A DNA stretch of 64,000 nucleotides from Anaeromyxobacteraceae bacterium (GTDB lineage Bacteria; Myxococcota; Myxococcia; Myxococcales; Anaeromyxobacteraceae). The notes under the pieces were generated by a model. That model did not search any database. It saw nothing but the letters and a program-made list of their open reading frames with translations, and was not told where the DNA came from. Below are positions 63,469 through 64,000 of this stretch, piece after piece (within the stretch, counting starts at the first letter, position 1; each line of letters begins with the position of its first letter). The position numbers were made by a program, and so were the translations under genes. The DNA is taken from contig JASGHJ010000001.1 in assembly GCA_047602405.1 (NCBI GenBank), forward strand, positions 256,001-320,000. The letters are read 5' to 3'.

Positions 63469-63999
63469 CTACTTCGCGAGGTGGACCTCGGAGATGTCCG
63501 CGATCGCGCCGTGGCCGTGGCAGATGAGGCACTGCTCGACGCGCGTGAACGCCGTGGAGCGCGGCAGGTAGAACGAGCCGCCGTTCGTGTCGATGTGCGC
63601 GCGGACCTCGGGCTTGTCGTGGCACTGGATGCAGGCCGCGGAGATCGGCGAGGTGACGAGCGTGTTGGCGTCGGCCTCGCACGGCGCGGCGGCGGTGCAG
63701 AGCTTGACCGTCACGGTGCACGGCTGGGCCGCGGTGCAGGTACAGGTGGCGGCGGCGGGGCCGCAGTCCACGGACTTGCCCGCGTTCGCGCCGACGCCGA
63801 GCTGCGAGCCGCCGCCCACGGCCGTCGGCGCCGCGGTGATCTGGCGGCCGTCGGTGTAGGTGACGGAGGCGCGGCTCGTGGAGAACCCGAAGCCGAGGCC
63901 ATCCGCGTGGTTCGCGGCCTCGGTGCCGCCCATCGAGACCTTCACGTAGGGCGACTTCACGTACGCCTTGGGCTCAGGGTACGAGTAGGTCGCCTCGGT
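63469..63999 (-). CDS. C-terminal part of a multiheme c-type cytochrome (OmcA/MtrC-like; 5' part outside window)
   Basis: SPISAACIQCH...AHIDTNGG...EQCLICHG; frame stays open to the window edge. Confidence 0.8.
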   Translation of the reverse strand, partial: TEATYSYPEPKAYVKSPYVKVSMGGTEAANHADGLGFGFSTSRASVTYTDGRQITAAPTAVGGGSQLGVGANAGKSVDCGPAAATCTCTAAQPCTVTVKLCTAAAPCEADANTLVTSPISAACIQCHDKPEVRAHIDTNGGSFYLPRSTAFTRVEQCLICHGHGAIADISEVHLAK

Positions 64000-64000
64000 G

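Overview
Very GC-rich bacterial chromosomal DNA; gene content and style suggest Myxococcota, Anaeromyxobacter-like (inference). It holds about 50 genes. These include xth, an acyl-CoA dehydrogenase/ETF operon, a large secreted multicopper oxidase, FHA-domain signalling proteins, a zinc-ribbon/GYF/TPR protein, hslO, an acylase-lipase-FadL operon, selB and selA, nuoL-M-N, a toxin-antitoxin pair, several two-component genes and the end of a c-type cytochrome gene. The most unusual structure is at 60.25-61.71 kb: two convergent copies of a cassette made of a 6-7 nt tandem repeat array starting just after a host stop codon, a ~130-nt rod-like hairpin that covers the ribosome-binding site, and a four-helix-bundle gene. 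The hairpin shows a compensatory base-pair change and is more conserved than the protein. Seven +1 frameshifts in six genes all fall at two motifs (GATC read as GAATC, GCWGC read as GCWGCC), most likely base-calling errors at modified DNA rather than real pseudogenes. No rRNA, tRNA or CRISPR array was seen. All family calls come from reading motifs by eye, not from database searches.
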